Shown here one piece after another: positions 30,903-42,393 of a stretch of 64,000 nucleotides of DNA. The stretch is from the human T2T-CHM13v2.0 reference genome, Homo sapiens, in the NCBI RefSeq assembly GCF_009914755.1, contig NC_060945.1. One strand, written 5' to 3'. Below the pieces are notes generated by a model. The model ran no database searches, was not told the DNA's origin, and worked only from the letters and a program-made list of their open reading frames with translations. Each line of letters opens with the position of its first letter. The first letter of the stretch is position 1. The translations under genes and the position numbers were made by a program.

Positions 30903-31617
30903 TCTAAACACGTTTTTAAAACTCTGACGCCCCTTAACACCACCTCCTTTCGCCCCCTCCCCTTTTACTCCAGTGTTAGGGCTGTCTTTTTCTCCCCATC
31001 TCCTACTTATTACACCCCTTGGCACTTTGCTTCTTAGAGTTCTGGGTAAGGTCCTCAAATGTCTTCTACATGACAAAATCGAGAGGCTTCTTCTCAGTGT
31101 TTCTCACACCCAAACATCCAGCTGCTTTTACTGTTAAAATTCTCCCCCTCTGGACTTTTTTTCAGCATTTCCCTTGATGTAACCTTTCTGGGTCTTTTCC
31201 ACTTTCTCTTCTTTTTCCTCTTCTTACTGGACATTCTCTCCTAATTTCACTAAAACTCATGTCTTACACTTCCATTTCTATTTGAATGACTTCCAAATTT
31301 TCACCTGTAGTCTCTTACCTTTCTCTCTGGCAACAAACCAGATTTCAAGTGCTTATCAGACGCCTCCATATAATTGGCTCATTATTACCCTAAACACAAT
31401 ATGTTGACCTGAAATTTAAGTTGCATAACCTCCATTTGGCCTTCAAAACTCAAGTCATATTGCTCTTTCCCCTGGCATCCTCTGGGTCCTCAGGCTGCAT
31501 GGAGTGGTTTGGAGTTGGGGCGGGGGGAAGTTTTTCTCTGGGATCCCTGTGTTCCTCCATCAGGACAGTCATCACTGCATTGCATTTTCGTTAGCTGTCT
31601 CTCCTGTTTCTTAGAGC

Positions 31618-31829
31618 AGTAATTCTTGACCAGGGGAGATTTTGCTCTCTGAAGGACATTTGACAATATATGGAGACATTTTCTGTTGTGACTATTTGGC
31701 ATCTTCCACTTGCATCTAGTGAGTAGAGGCCAGATATGTTGCTGAACATTGAATGATACGCAGCAGAAGCCCCACAACAAGGAATGCCTCAGTCCCAAAT
31801 GTCAGCAGTGCCAAGGTTGAGAAACCAAT
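31618..31829 (+). mobile_element. MER20 inserted in L2 fragments (~31080-32200)
   Basis: ggggagattttgc...ggacatttgacaat...gcatctagtgagtagaggccag...cccaaatgtcagcagtgccaaggttgagaaacc. Confidence 0.85.
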
Positions 31830-33785
31830 CTAGACTATGAGCCTCTCACAAAGTGGTAGCATGGTTTTCTGATCCGTGTACTTGGCACATCAGATGTACT
31901 CAGTAAGTGTCTATTAAATGGAAGACAAGAAACTCATTAAATACATTCTTCCCTTCTTTTCTACATGCTGTGCTATCTTCTCCTTTTTGCTTACTAAAAT
32001 CTTATCCATTCTTTATGATTCAGCTCCAATGCCAGCACCTCCCTGAGGTCTGTCGTGTTTCCTCCAGAATTCCTCTCTCTATCCTCTGTGCTCCGCAGCA
32101 ACTTGGGGGTAGCGTTTATCACCTCTTCTGGAGTAATATGTTTACCTGCCTCCCTGGTCACCTGAGTAACTCATAAGTCCCTTGTGAGCACTGTTGGCTA
32201 ACTGCTCTTTTTCAAATGCTTCTCTAGGCTGGTATGTGCCTCAGGATTGGAAGTATTTATTTCATTGTTAATGCGTGGACTCCTGTTACCAAATGGCCCT
32301 CAGTCTTCTCTCAATTCAGAGTCCTTTCCATGTACCAGGCCCTCTCCCCTAAAATGGTGCAGAGCCCATTGGATCATTTGGACCTCCTGTTTGCTGTCAT
32401 TTGTGGTGTAACACTAAATGCCTGAGACCTTCCTGTGGGCTGGTAATGCCCTATAGAACTTGTTAAAAAAAAATCCCAACAAAATGGTTTCCAAAAACAT
32501 CCTGTACAACAACAGCATCACTGGAATTTATGTCTATCTTTCCAGTTGGTGGAAAATTTTTATTTCAAAGTGTAAGTGTCAGCATATTTATGAAAAAAAG
32601 CAAGCATATTGATAGTCACATGGCTTAAAGTGTACACCCAAACCATTACAAGCAAGTATGGCCATTTATTTAACAGATAATATGATCTGGGCACTAAGCA
32701 TATAGTGGTAAACAAAAAAGTTCTTTCAAAGACAGGCACATTCTTCTCACTGCTGGCAAATTCCTGCTCTTTGATGGTGAATTTGAGTTTTTGAAATGTC
32801 CAGATGATTTCAAAATGATTGGACATTTTGAAATGTCCAAATGGGAACAAACAGGTCAGAGTTGAGAACCAAATTGAGAATTGTCTGAAATCATTCAGAG
32901 TTGAACAAAGGGGGTTAGTCCTAGGCCTTTTCTGCTAGTTAAATACAGGATTTAAATAAATAATTAAGCCTGTATTTCATATGAAATTTTTTATAAAGCC
33001 TGGATTATTTATAAACGAGCTCCGAAAGCCATTTCAATATGCCCTTATGTGTTTCAGCATCACTGAAACATTACTTTCAGAGTCAAACTCATTTTGAGAT
33101 ATAAATTCTGTCATAGTCTCATTATCTCTCATTCATACCTTGTTTTGAAACAAGTATGTTTAAATACCTTGTGAAGAAGGCAATGGTTCCTACTCTATTA
33201 GCAAAGACTAGAGTATTCACAAGATTTGGGGAAAAAGCACATTCAATATCCTTCTTGCATGACTTCTTAAAGATTTCTATTGCTTTTAATGATGGTCTCT
33301 TTTCTGCCTCTGGCTAGGAACCTTCCAGGCATTTTAGATTAGATTTTCTGTGCTTCCAACAAAAGCCCATCACTGGGGAGCTAAATTACATTTAGAAGCT
33401 GCATTTTTATTTTAATGATATATTGTTGATTGATTTTGCGCTCAATTTAATAGAGTAATCATCCTGTTCCCCAGTGGTTCTGACATGCTCAGTGCCCTAG
33501 GCCAGAAGCCAGAATCAAGATCCTTTAAGAATAGAGAAGAGAGAGATAATCAATTCCTCACTCCACACCCTGCACCCCCACCAGCTGCTTGAACTCATTT
33601 TCATTTGGATTCCTAAATTAATGAATTGTCTTTTCCAAAATAGCAATCCCAGTTTATATAAACTGATTTATACTCAATGCACAAAATAGGTGGTGCTTGC
33701 TTGTTTTGCTAAAGGAAAGGAATGAACTTCCATGGTTATGATTTTATTAGACACTGAGTTTCCCTTGCCTTTTTAAAATCTGCAC

Positions 33786-33823
33786 TCACACACAAGCACA
33801 CACATGCACACACACACACACAC
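33786..33823. repeat. Imperfect (CA)n microsatellite
   Basis: cacacacaagcacacacatgcacacacacacacacac. Confidence 0.9.
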
Positions 33824-34392
33824 GGCAAATTGCAATTAAGAACTCCAGAACATCTCATTCTGCAGTGCTGGGATTGGATTACAAGGGATATTACAATTCT
33901 ACATAATCTCATTATTTACAGCACACATTGTATTTTATATTTTAATTTATTTAATATCCAAAATGATCACTAGAGGTAAAATAACCCACCAGAGGAAAGA
34001 ATGATGGAGCCAGGATTGATCATGTTTTTAGACCGAGGTCTTCTATGCTCTTTATTACAAGAGTGTTTCTCAAACTCAAGTATTGTAGAAACTCCTTTGA
34101 AAGAGGAAAATCCTTTTTATGGATCCTCAAGGGAAATGCTAGAGTTAAATGCTGCCATTTTTGGCGGTCAGCTAGTCTCATAACATCAGAAATCCTGAGG
34201 TGAACATGAGCATCCAGCCATTCAGAATAATCTTGGGCTTTAGAGAGTTGACATCAAGGAAATAACACATGTTATATAATATAAATGTTATCATAGGAGT
34301 TGAAGGATCTCCGCAAATTTATAGACTCCAGATTTAAAAACACAATGACTTAAGACAAAGAGTATTTTATAACTTTTCTGAGTGAAGATGGA

Positions 34393-34764
34393 TGTATTAG
34401 TCTGTTTTCAGGCTGCTGATAAAAACATACCTGAGACTGGGCAATTTACAAAATAAAGAAGTTTATTGGACTTACAGTTCCACATGGCTGGGGAGGCCTC
34501 ACAATCATGGTGGAAGGCAAGGAGGAGCAAATCACATCTTACATGGATGGCAGCAGGCAAAAAGAGAGAGCTTGTGCAGAAAAACTCCCATTTTAAAAAT
34601 CATCAGATCTTGTGAGACTCATTTCACTATCACAAGAACAGCCCAGGGAAGACTCACCCCCATAATTCAACCACCTCCCACCGGGTTCCTCCATGACACA
34701 TGGGAATTATGGGAGTTATAATTCAAGATGAGATTTGGGTGGGGACACAGCCAAACCATTATCA
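34393..34764 (-). mobile_element. THE1B/C solo LTR
   Basis: tgtattagtctgttttcaggctgctgataaa...cacatggctggggaggcctcacaatcatggtggaaggc...gatgagatttgggtggggacacagccaaacc. Confidence 0.95.
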
Positions 34765-35276
34765 AGGGATAATTTACCATCTTTGTGCTCACAATTCTGC
34801 AGAGAGGATGGATCTCAGTCTTCAAACACAAGGAACCAAAAATTCAACCTTGTTTTCATGTTTATATTCTAACCCTTACTGGATGGTGGGGTCAATTAAT
34901 TAAACATAAGCACAACCAATTCAGAGTTTCCTCTGGCACTTCAGGGTCTCTTCTCCCTCTGGTGGTGTCTAAATTCAAGGGTGGGTTCAGAAAGTGCCAC
35001 AGCCTGGGTGGGATTGGGCATCATGTCCTTTGAGGTCACAGTCCATTCCTGCAAACTCTGAGACTCCCATGTTCCTATTTGATCAGGGATTATTGGTCCA
35101 CTCGGAGCTCTCTATGTCTGCTTTGTCCTGAGCTTGAGCCCTCAGCAGATCTCCTTGTCCTCCACTTCAGCACCTGCTGAGCAGTTCTCAGTGAGGAAGG
35201 GACACTCTTCTATGCTTTGGGGAACTGTGTGGGGCTGTCCCAGCTGTCACTTCTGCTCTCCTGCATCAAAACACCA

Positions 35277-36046
35277 GGGTGGGTGGAAAGCTGAAGAATC
35301 GGTCCCCAGCTGGGAAGTAAGGCACAGGTCACTTCTTTTCTTGGACCCTCAAACTCCGCCAGGAGGGGAGGGGGAAACTTATTCCTCCCTCATATTAGTC
35401 AGGGGTCTTCAGAGAAACAGAGCCACTAGGATACATACATTGGTCTATATCAATGTCTATGTCTGTATCTGTCTCTTTCTATTTCTATCTTTATGTACAT
35501 GTAGACATACACAGATAAATTTATTTTTAAGGAATTGGATCATGTGATTGTGGGTGCTGGGAAGGCTAAAATCTGCAGGGCAGGCTGGGAGGCCAGATAT
35601 CCAGGTGAGTGCTGATGTCACAGTCTCAGGATTGAGTTCTACAGAGCAGTAGGCTGGAAGCTCAGGCCGGACTTTTGTGTTGTAGTCTTGAGGAGAATAC
35701 CTTCCTATTTGGGAAACTTCAGTCTTTTAAGGCTGTTAACCGATTGGAGGAGGCCTCCCCAAAGCATGGAGGGCCATATGCTTTATTTGAAATCTACTGA
35801 TTTAAATGTTGATCACAATTACAAAATACCTTCACAGCAACTTCTAGGCTGGTATTTGACCACAAAACTGGCACCAGCCAGTATCGACAAGACAGGGCCC
35901 AGCCAAGTCAACATGTAACATTAACCATCACAGGGTAGACGGAAAGCTGAGGAATCAGTCCCCAGCTGGGAAGTAAGGCACAGGTCACCTCTGTTCTTAG
36001 ATCCTCAAACTCATCCAGGAGGGGAGCGGGGAAATCTATCATTCCT
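35277..36046. repeat. 114-bp direct repeats (35277-35390 and 35933-36046) abutting the MLT2 LTR
   Basis: Both copies share ggaaagctga.gaatc.gtccccagctgggaagtaaggcacaggtcac...cctcaaactc..ccaggaggggag. Confidence 0.93.
35391..35932 (-). mobile_element. MLT2 (MLT2D/B-like) ERVL solo LTR
   Basis: tattagtcaggggtcttcagagaaacagagcca...aaggaattggatcatgtgattgtgg...tgatttaaatgttgatcac...cagccaagtcaaca...attaaccatcaca. Confidence 0.88.
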
Positions 36047-36626
36047 GCATGGCTTCCCTCCAGAGGACGAGAACCAGCCTGGGCATAGGGTTCCTTCTCA
36101 GCACACCCACTGACCCCTAACTGTCAGACTTCCTTTCTTGTACTCCTTCACCCAAAGGCCAGGGACATCTGAGAGTTCTGGCATGGGGCAGAAAAACCTG
36201 GCTCTCCCTTTATCCTATGTTCTTCCAAATCTATTGTTTAGGGTGTAAAATGTATTTTCCCCAGCCCTTCCAAATCATGGTTTCTGTGACTCAAATAGCT
36301 TTTCTTGTAAACTGTGGCTTCTCCAATGAGTTTCAAAGGTTATTTATAAGCTCAAAAGTTGAGCCTTGCTGCCCTGGTTCTGCATGTCATCTTTTCTCCA
36401 GGAGGGGACCCTGCAGTGCCTTAGCTGCCACCTGACACAGGGGGCGCACCACAGGCACAAAGAGTCACTGGGTATGAAACGCCGAGTCAATTCATTAATG
36501 GCTGTATGTCTACAATAGCAAACAATTACAGCTTTGCACTGATGAGATTGCCTGTGTGTTCTGTTCACTGGGACCAGAACTTCCTCCATCACTGTCTCTG
36601 CATCTTAGTCATCTTGCTTTCACTGG

Positions 36627-36980
36627 TGTCTTAATCCATTTGGGCTCCTATAACAAAATACCATACACTGGGTGGCTTACAAGCAACAGTAATTCATTTC
36701 TCATGGTGGTTCTGGAGGCTGGAAAGTCTCAATTTGGTGTCTGGTGAGGGCTCATTTCCTGGTTCATGGATGGTATCTTCTTTTTGTGTCCTCACATGGT
36801 GGAAGGGGTAAGGAGTCACTTTGGGCCTATTTTATAAGGGCACTAATCCCATTCATGAGGGCTCCACCCCCATGACCTAATCACCTCCAGTGGCCCCACC
36901 TCCAATACCATCATCTTGGAAGTTAGGATTCTGATATCTGAATGCAGTGGGGAGGGGACAAAAACATTTTGTCCATTTCA
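36627..36980 (-). mobile_element. MLT1A/MSTD-type solo LTR
   Basis: tgtcttaatccatttgggctcctataacaaaataccatacactgggtggctta...ttataagggcactaatcccattcatgagggctccaccccc. Confidence 0.9.
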
Positions 36981-38267
36981 GCTGGTGGATCACTGTCCAC
37001 CACACTAAAAAAAAGAAAATTGAATGAAACTGAAGGACATTTTCAAATTTTCCTCAAACCTGATGACTGGGACAAGATAAGGAATATTCACAAGCATTAG
37101 TTTCTTCATATAGGAACAGAAATTCTTGGTGATCTCTGGCTGGCACTGTTCTACTTGAATGTTTTCACATCTACTAAGGCCAGGGCTTAATGCATTTGCA
37201 CCTCTCTATTCATAAGCCCTTTTCTGTGGTTTGATTACAAAGCCAAAACCCATCTATTTTGTCACTTAGATCAATTATTATAATTATGCTTTGAAAAATA
37301 AAACTTTTGAAGCCCAGACTTAGAATGAGGATCTAGCTGCATCATAATTATAGTTAGTCCTGTGTGTCCTTGAATGAAGTTTCAATTTGTCTCAGAAAAA
37401 TCTGGTTCTATGAAATATGGCATATCTTTTAATTGCTGATTAAGACCTACACAAATCCCGGACCCTATTTCTTTGTTCAAAGACATACCATCTTAAATAA
37501 CTAGTGTAGAGGTGGCTCCCAATAATATTTGTTGAATGAATGAATACAAGGTAGGAATATAGATGCTTATATAAAATGTAAAATAGTTGCCAAGTCTGAG
37601 GGGTACACTTGTCCATGTGGCTTAAACCACTCAGCATTGCTGGCCCAGATATTACCATGTCCATCTGATTCCTGACCTTGGGGGCTGTTTTGTAGGTGAG
37701 CACCTTGTCAGAGGGTGTAGGGTGAATGCAAAACAGCCTCTGCCAACTGCAGTAGGGAGGAATGCACTGGAAGTTTCTAGAACCAAAGAGAAGGCTGGAG
37801 AATGTGGTACAGAGGAAGGGCAGTATCCAAGGCAGGTGTAGCACAGCGATGAAGCCCAGAACCTGCCAGCCTGGGCCTCGTTGTTGGCACTGTGGCTACC
37901 ACTGGTTGCTTAATGCCCATGCTGATACATCCTGGGGGCAGAGGCCCCTGGACATCTGCCTCCATGTGGCAGCCACCACACTATCCCAGCATCTCTGGGT
38001 CACCCTCCTGAATGTGAAGGCTGGGGCAGGAGCTTCTCTTTGGCAGAGTGGCAGTCCCAGGCCCACGCAGTAGCAGTCAAGGTGGCACTGCCGCTATGCC
38101 TTCCACCGCAAGTCACACAATGGGGTGACTCCCTCAAAGTAAGAACCATGTTCTGAATCTGAGTGAGCAAAACCCCCACTGATTTTCACTGCTGTGTGCA
38201 ACAGAGTCATGAAGAAATGTAGTTTTACTGAAAAGAAAGGAGCATTACACCAAGGCAAGCAAAATTA

Positions 38268-38647
38268 CAAAACCGGCCCAATTTTCCTATAGAACTGAAG
38301 CTTGAGCAACTTGCATTTGTTTCACCTGAGTTACCTTCTCAGGAAACTAACCATCAGGCCTCCCAGATCACATCAAGGAACTGAAACTTCCCAGATCACC
38401 ACAACCGGACAATCAGACGCACCTGCTTCCTCTTTACTAACTGCTCTTCCTTACCCCTCCCTAATTCTCTGGTATACAAACCCCGAATTTTACTTGGTTA
38501 TAGAGATGGATTTGAGACTTGCCTTCTATCTTCTGGCTGCCGTCACCTGCAATAAAGCCTTTCTTCCCTGGCAATACTTGTCTCAGTGACTGGCTTTCTG
38601 TGTGGTGAGCATCCAGACCTAGGCTGAACCCCTGGTATTCGGCAACA
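38268..38647 (+). mobile_element. ERV1 (LTR26-like, MER4 group) solo LTR
   Basis: aaaccggcccaattttcctatagaactga...gagatggatttgagact...aataaagcctttcttccctggcaatact...gacctaggctgaacccctgg...aaca. Confidence 0.7.
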
Positions 38648-39465
38648 ATTATGTGAACATCAAATTCTCTGAGCTCAGAGTTGAGCTTGTAATAAGCACT
38701 TGACAAACAATGGTTATTATTTACATTATTATTATTTTAGTATCATCGTTTTTAATAGTATGAAATTGGCCAGATTTTTTAAAATTTTAAGTAAAGACTA
38801 ACTGCCCATGGGCTGGTTCTTGGTAAAATTTTGAAGCAAGGGAGTTTAGCCTTGACTCCACGTCCTTGCATTTTCAACACTCTATTTACCTGCCTCCTTC
38901 CCATCCCAAATTTCTTTCCCTGTGCTGCCGACTCCTCTCTCCCAGTGCCACAGGGTATTATTCTTTGCTGGTGATCAACTAATGTTCACTAACATAGTTA
39001 AGCCTGAGAGTGTTTTAAATGCCAGCTCTGCAGAGCTGTTTGAATTTATACCACAGACGCTCAAAGATCTTAAAGCTTGCAAGGCCAAATGAGTGAATCT
39101 TTCATGGTGACAGCTAACCACTGTAACTAGGATTCATTAAATACACACATACAAGTTGGGCACTGAGCTAAATGCCTTAAGTGCATTATTTCCCAGGCAT
39201 TAACACTTTTAATTCTCACAACTCTTTGAACTCTTTGAAATAGTGACTATTATTATCATATTAATTTTCAAATCAGAAAATTGAGGTTTGGAATTTAGGC
39301 TTGAACCCAGCTCTGACTGACTCCACAGCTCACACTAGATACTGTGAACTAACTACCTCATCTTTAGCCTAGTTGCACACATTTTCAGCACCATTTTCTA
39401 CTCAAATGATAAAGAAGATAATTCAAGGAGCATTAAGGAGCCCTAATCTTCTAAGGTGCTTTGAG

Positions 39466-39870
<405 letters not shown>

Positions 39871-42017
39871 TTATGCTGAGTCAAATGACTGTGCACTAAA
39901 CCTAACTTCAGCACATGGGGACAATTCCAGTGGTTTAATGAGGAATTACGTGTCTAAAATGCCCAGAGTAGAGCTGAAAGAGTCTAGTTTCAAGTCTTGC
40001 ATCAGCAACAAATTAAGTAAATAAATATCTCCAAGTCTCGTTGTTTTCTTTGTAGAATGGGAGAAAGCAATGTCTATTTCCTAGGTTTGCTGTGAAGATT
40101 AAAGAGTACATAGGAAAAAAAATGATTGCTGTTATACGAGGAGGAAACTGAAATAGATTTTCCTTGCCATGATCAAAGATGGCAGCTTTTTACCAATTGT
40201 GTCCCAAAGTGATTCAGGGAGAGGGTCCTCCCCAAATCACCATCATCAATTAGCCACTGAATTTTCGTGTGTGTGTATGCAGTTTATCCAGGATGACTTC
40301 ATTTAAAAGACATCCAGCATGCCTGCTTTTAAAAGATAAATCATGGAAACTCTGACCTTTGTGTTCTAAAGCAGCTTTTATCTGGTACAAACAAAATATT
40401 TGAAATGCTGAGAAAGCCTTTTAAGTGGAGACCTTTGCTGCAGACTGGCACAATCAGGGCTGACGACTTTGTTAATTGATGTTGCAGCAAGCTCCTCTGA
40501 AAAAATCAAGTTCAAAGTTAGTTTGTCAAACAAATTTTCATTTAAAGAGTTGAAAGCTGTGATTTCTTCCTTTCTAACAATAACAGAGGGATTTTCATTT
40601 TTTTTTGTTAGCAAAGTATTTGCCCCATCTTTTAATATCTCTACCACCCCCAGCATCTCTGAGGCTTTGACATGGAAGTTAATTCTCTATAGGTCAAGGC
40701 CTTTGCCCTGAGTGACAGATTAGCTTCAGGAAGCACAAAGGCTTACAAAGAGTTCCCAGAGATGCAGAAGGATAACGTTGGGTCCTACGTTGCCGGCCAG
40801 GGAAAATCCATTTTGCTACTGAGTCTTGATGCTGGAGTCTGTGTGCTGAGTCGTCACAGAAGTCGAGGGTAAATGCAAGAGAACACTTGCCCTTTGGTCT
40901 TGCTAAGGCAAACAGAAGAATCATTGAGAAGGTGTGAGCCTGCAGGTGTTTCATTGGACTCTAAGTAGACCTCACCTGCCTGGAAGCCTTTCATGTTGCA
41001 GACGCCCATCCAGTTCCCCAATTTCCTGGACATCACAGCTTCTCAGCAGCCGTGTCTATGAGCTTATTTCCAAGCATCTCTTTGGATGGGAGGTTTTCTG
41101 TTCCTTTCAGTCACCAATATCTGTGCAAACATTCAGTTTGTTTTTGTTTAGTGTGTCCATTTTTATCCAATAGTATGTTTGGCTCTGTAGGGCTTCTAGA
41201 ATGTTCCATGTGGTGATGGGTCTGTTACCCACCTCTGATTTCCCGGACTCCTGATTTGTCTTAAATATATCAGGCATACGTGAGTGCAGGTGGCCTGAGG
41301 TTTCCCGTGCAATCCCATGTCTGGCAAAGGTATGGACTATGGAATGTCCCCTGTTAATGGCCACCACTAGCCTGGAGCCATTCCAGACACATGTATCACC
41401 TCTCCCAGGAAGGTCAGCTTCTCCTCCGCCCTGCATCTGTCTCCCCTGGGGTGGCCTACAGAGGCAGGTAGAGGAAACCGCTCTTGGTGCTTGGCCCCGC
41501 CACCCAAAGTTCTGACCCACGAGTCCTTCCCTGCGGTCCTGCTGCTGCTCAAAGCACGCCCAGTCAACTTCAGACGGAAGGAAATCAGACTTCGGACTGC
41601 AGCCCAGCATATTTTTGGCTCAAGCTAGCTAAGAACCATGAAATGCTGATTTTTACAGTTTTTACTTTTTGCCAGAAGCATGTAACTGCCTCTTTAAATT
41701 ATTTCAGCTAACTTCTGTTGATGATCTGTGGATAAACAAAAGTGTCTGCTGAACTGAATTTGTGGGGTGCTTTCACAGAAAACAGGCATACTGTAAGTAG
41801 GAAATCTGCATTCTGGAACATCTAATTAGGTAAACCTAACGGCGGCCTCCATAAATATCTCCCAGGGAGCTTGCATCTGTGCTCAGTGCATCAGTTGCAT
41901 ATTAAAGAGTCATAGCTTGTGTGAGTCGCTAAAACTACGTAACAATCATCAAGGCATGTTTGGCTCTTGGGGAAAATGGAAAGCATAGTTTTGGTTTTAA
42001 AATAATTTGTTTTATTA

Positions 42018-42020
<3 letters not shown>

Positions 42021-42063
<43 letters not shown>
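42021..42063. repeat. (GT)n microsatellite, ~21 units
   Basis: Perfect GT run. Confidence 0.98.
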
Positions 42064-42065
<2 letters not shown>

Positions 42066-42393
42066 ATACGAAAATGTCCAGTAGGTGACCTTTGTTGATC
42101 TTTGTTGCTGCCTCTTCAGAGCCCTGACTTCCACCTTGGACTCATCTCCCTTGTAGGCAACTAAGTGAAATCTCATGACTATAGGTTCTTGATATTTTGC
42201 TCACTACCAGGTTTAGAAAATTAATAACCACCAAATTTCTCAACAGCTTAGGATGCCACCTTTTAATATGCAACTTCTAAAAACTGAAAACTGTTCACAA
42301 TTTGCAAAAATCTGTGTCAAATGATGGCATGTGGGCTTCCTAGAGAGTTGATTGGAAGGTGGTGGTGGTCAGGGGTGTCTTCTCCACCACCCA

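Noticed and set aside
40378-40711. Overlapping opposite-strand ORFs of 92 and 80 aa with protein-like composition
   Set aside because: No recognisable homology or splice framing; a non-coding element is more plausible.
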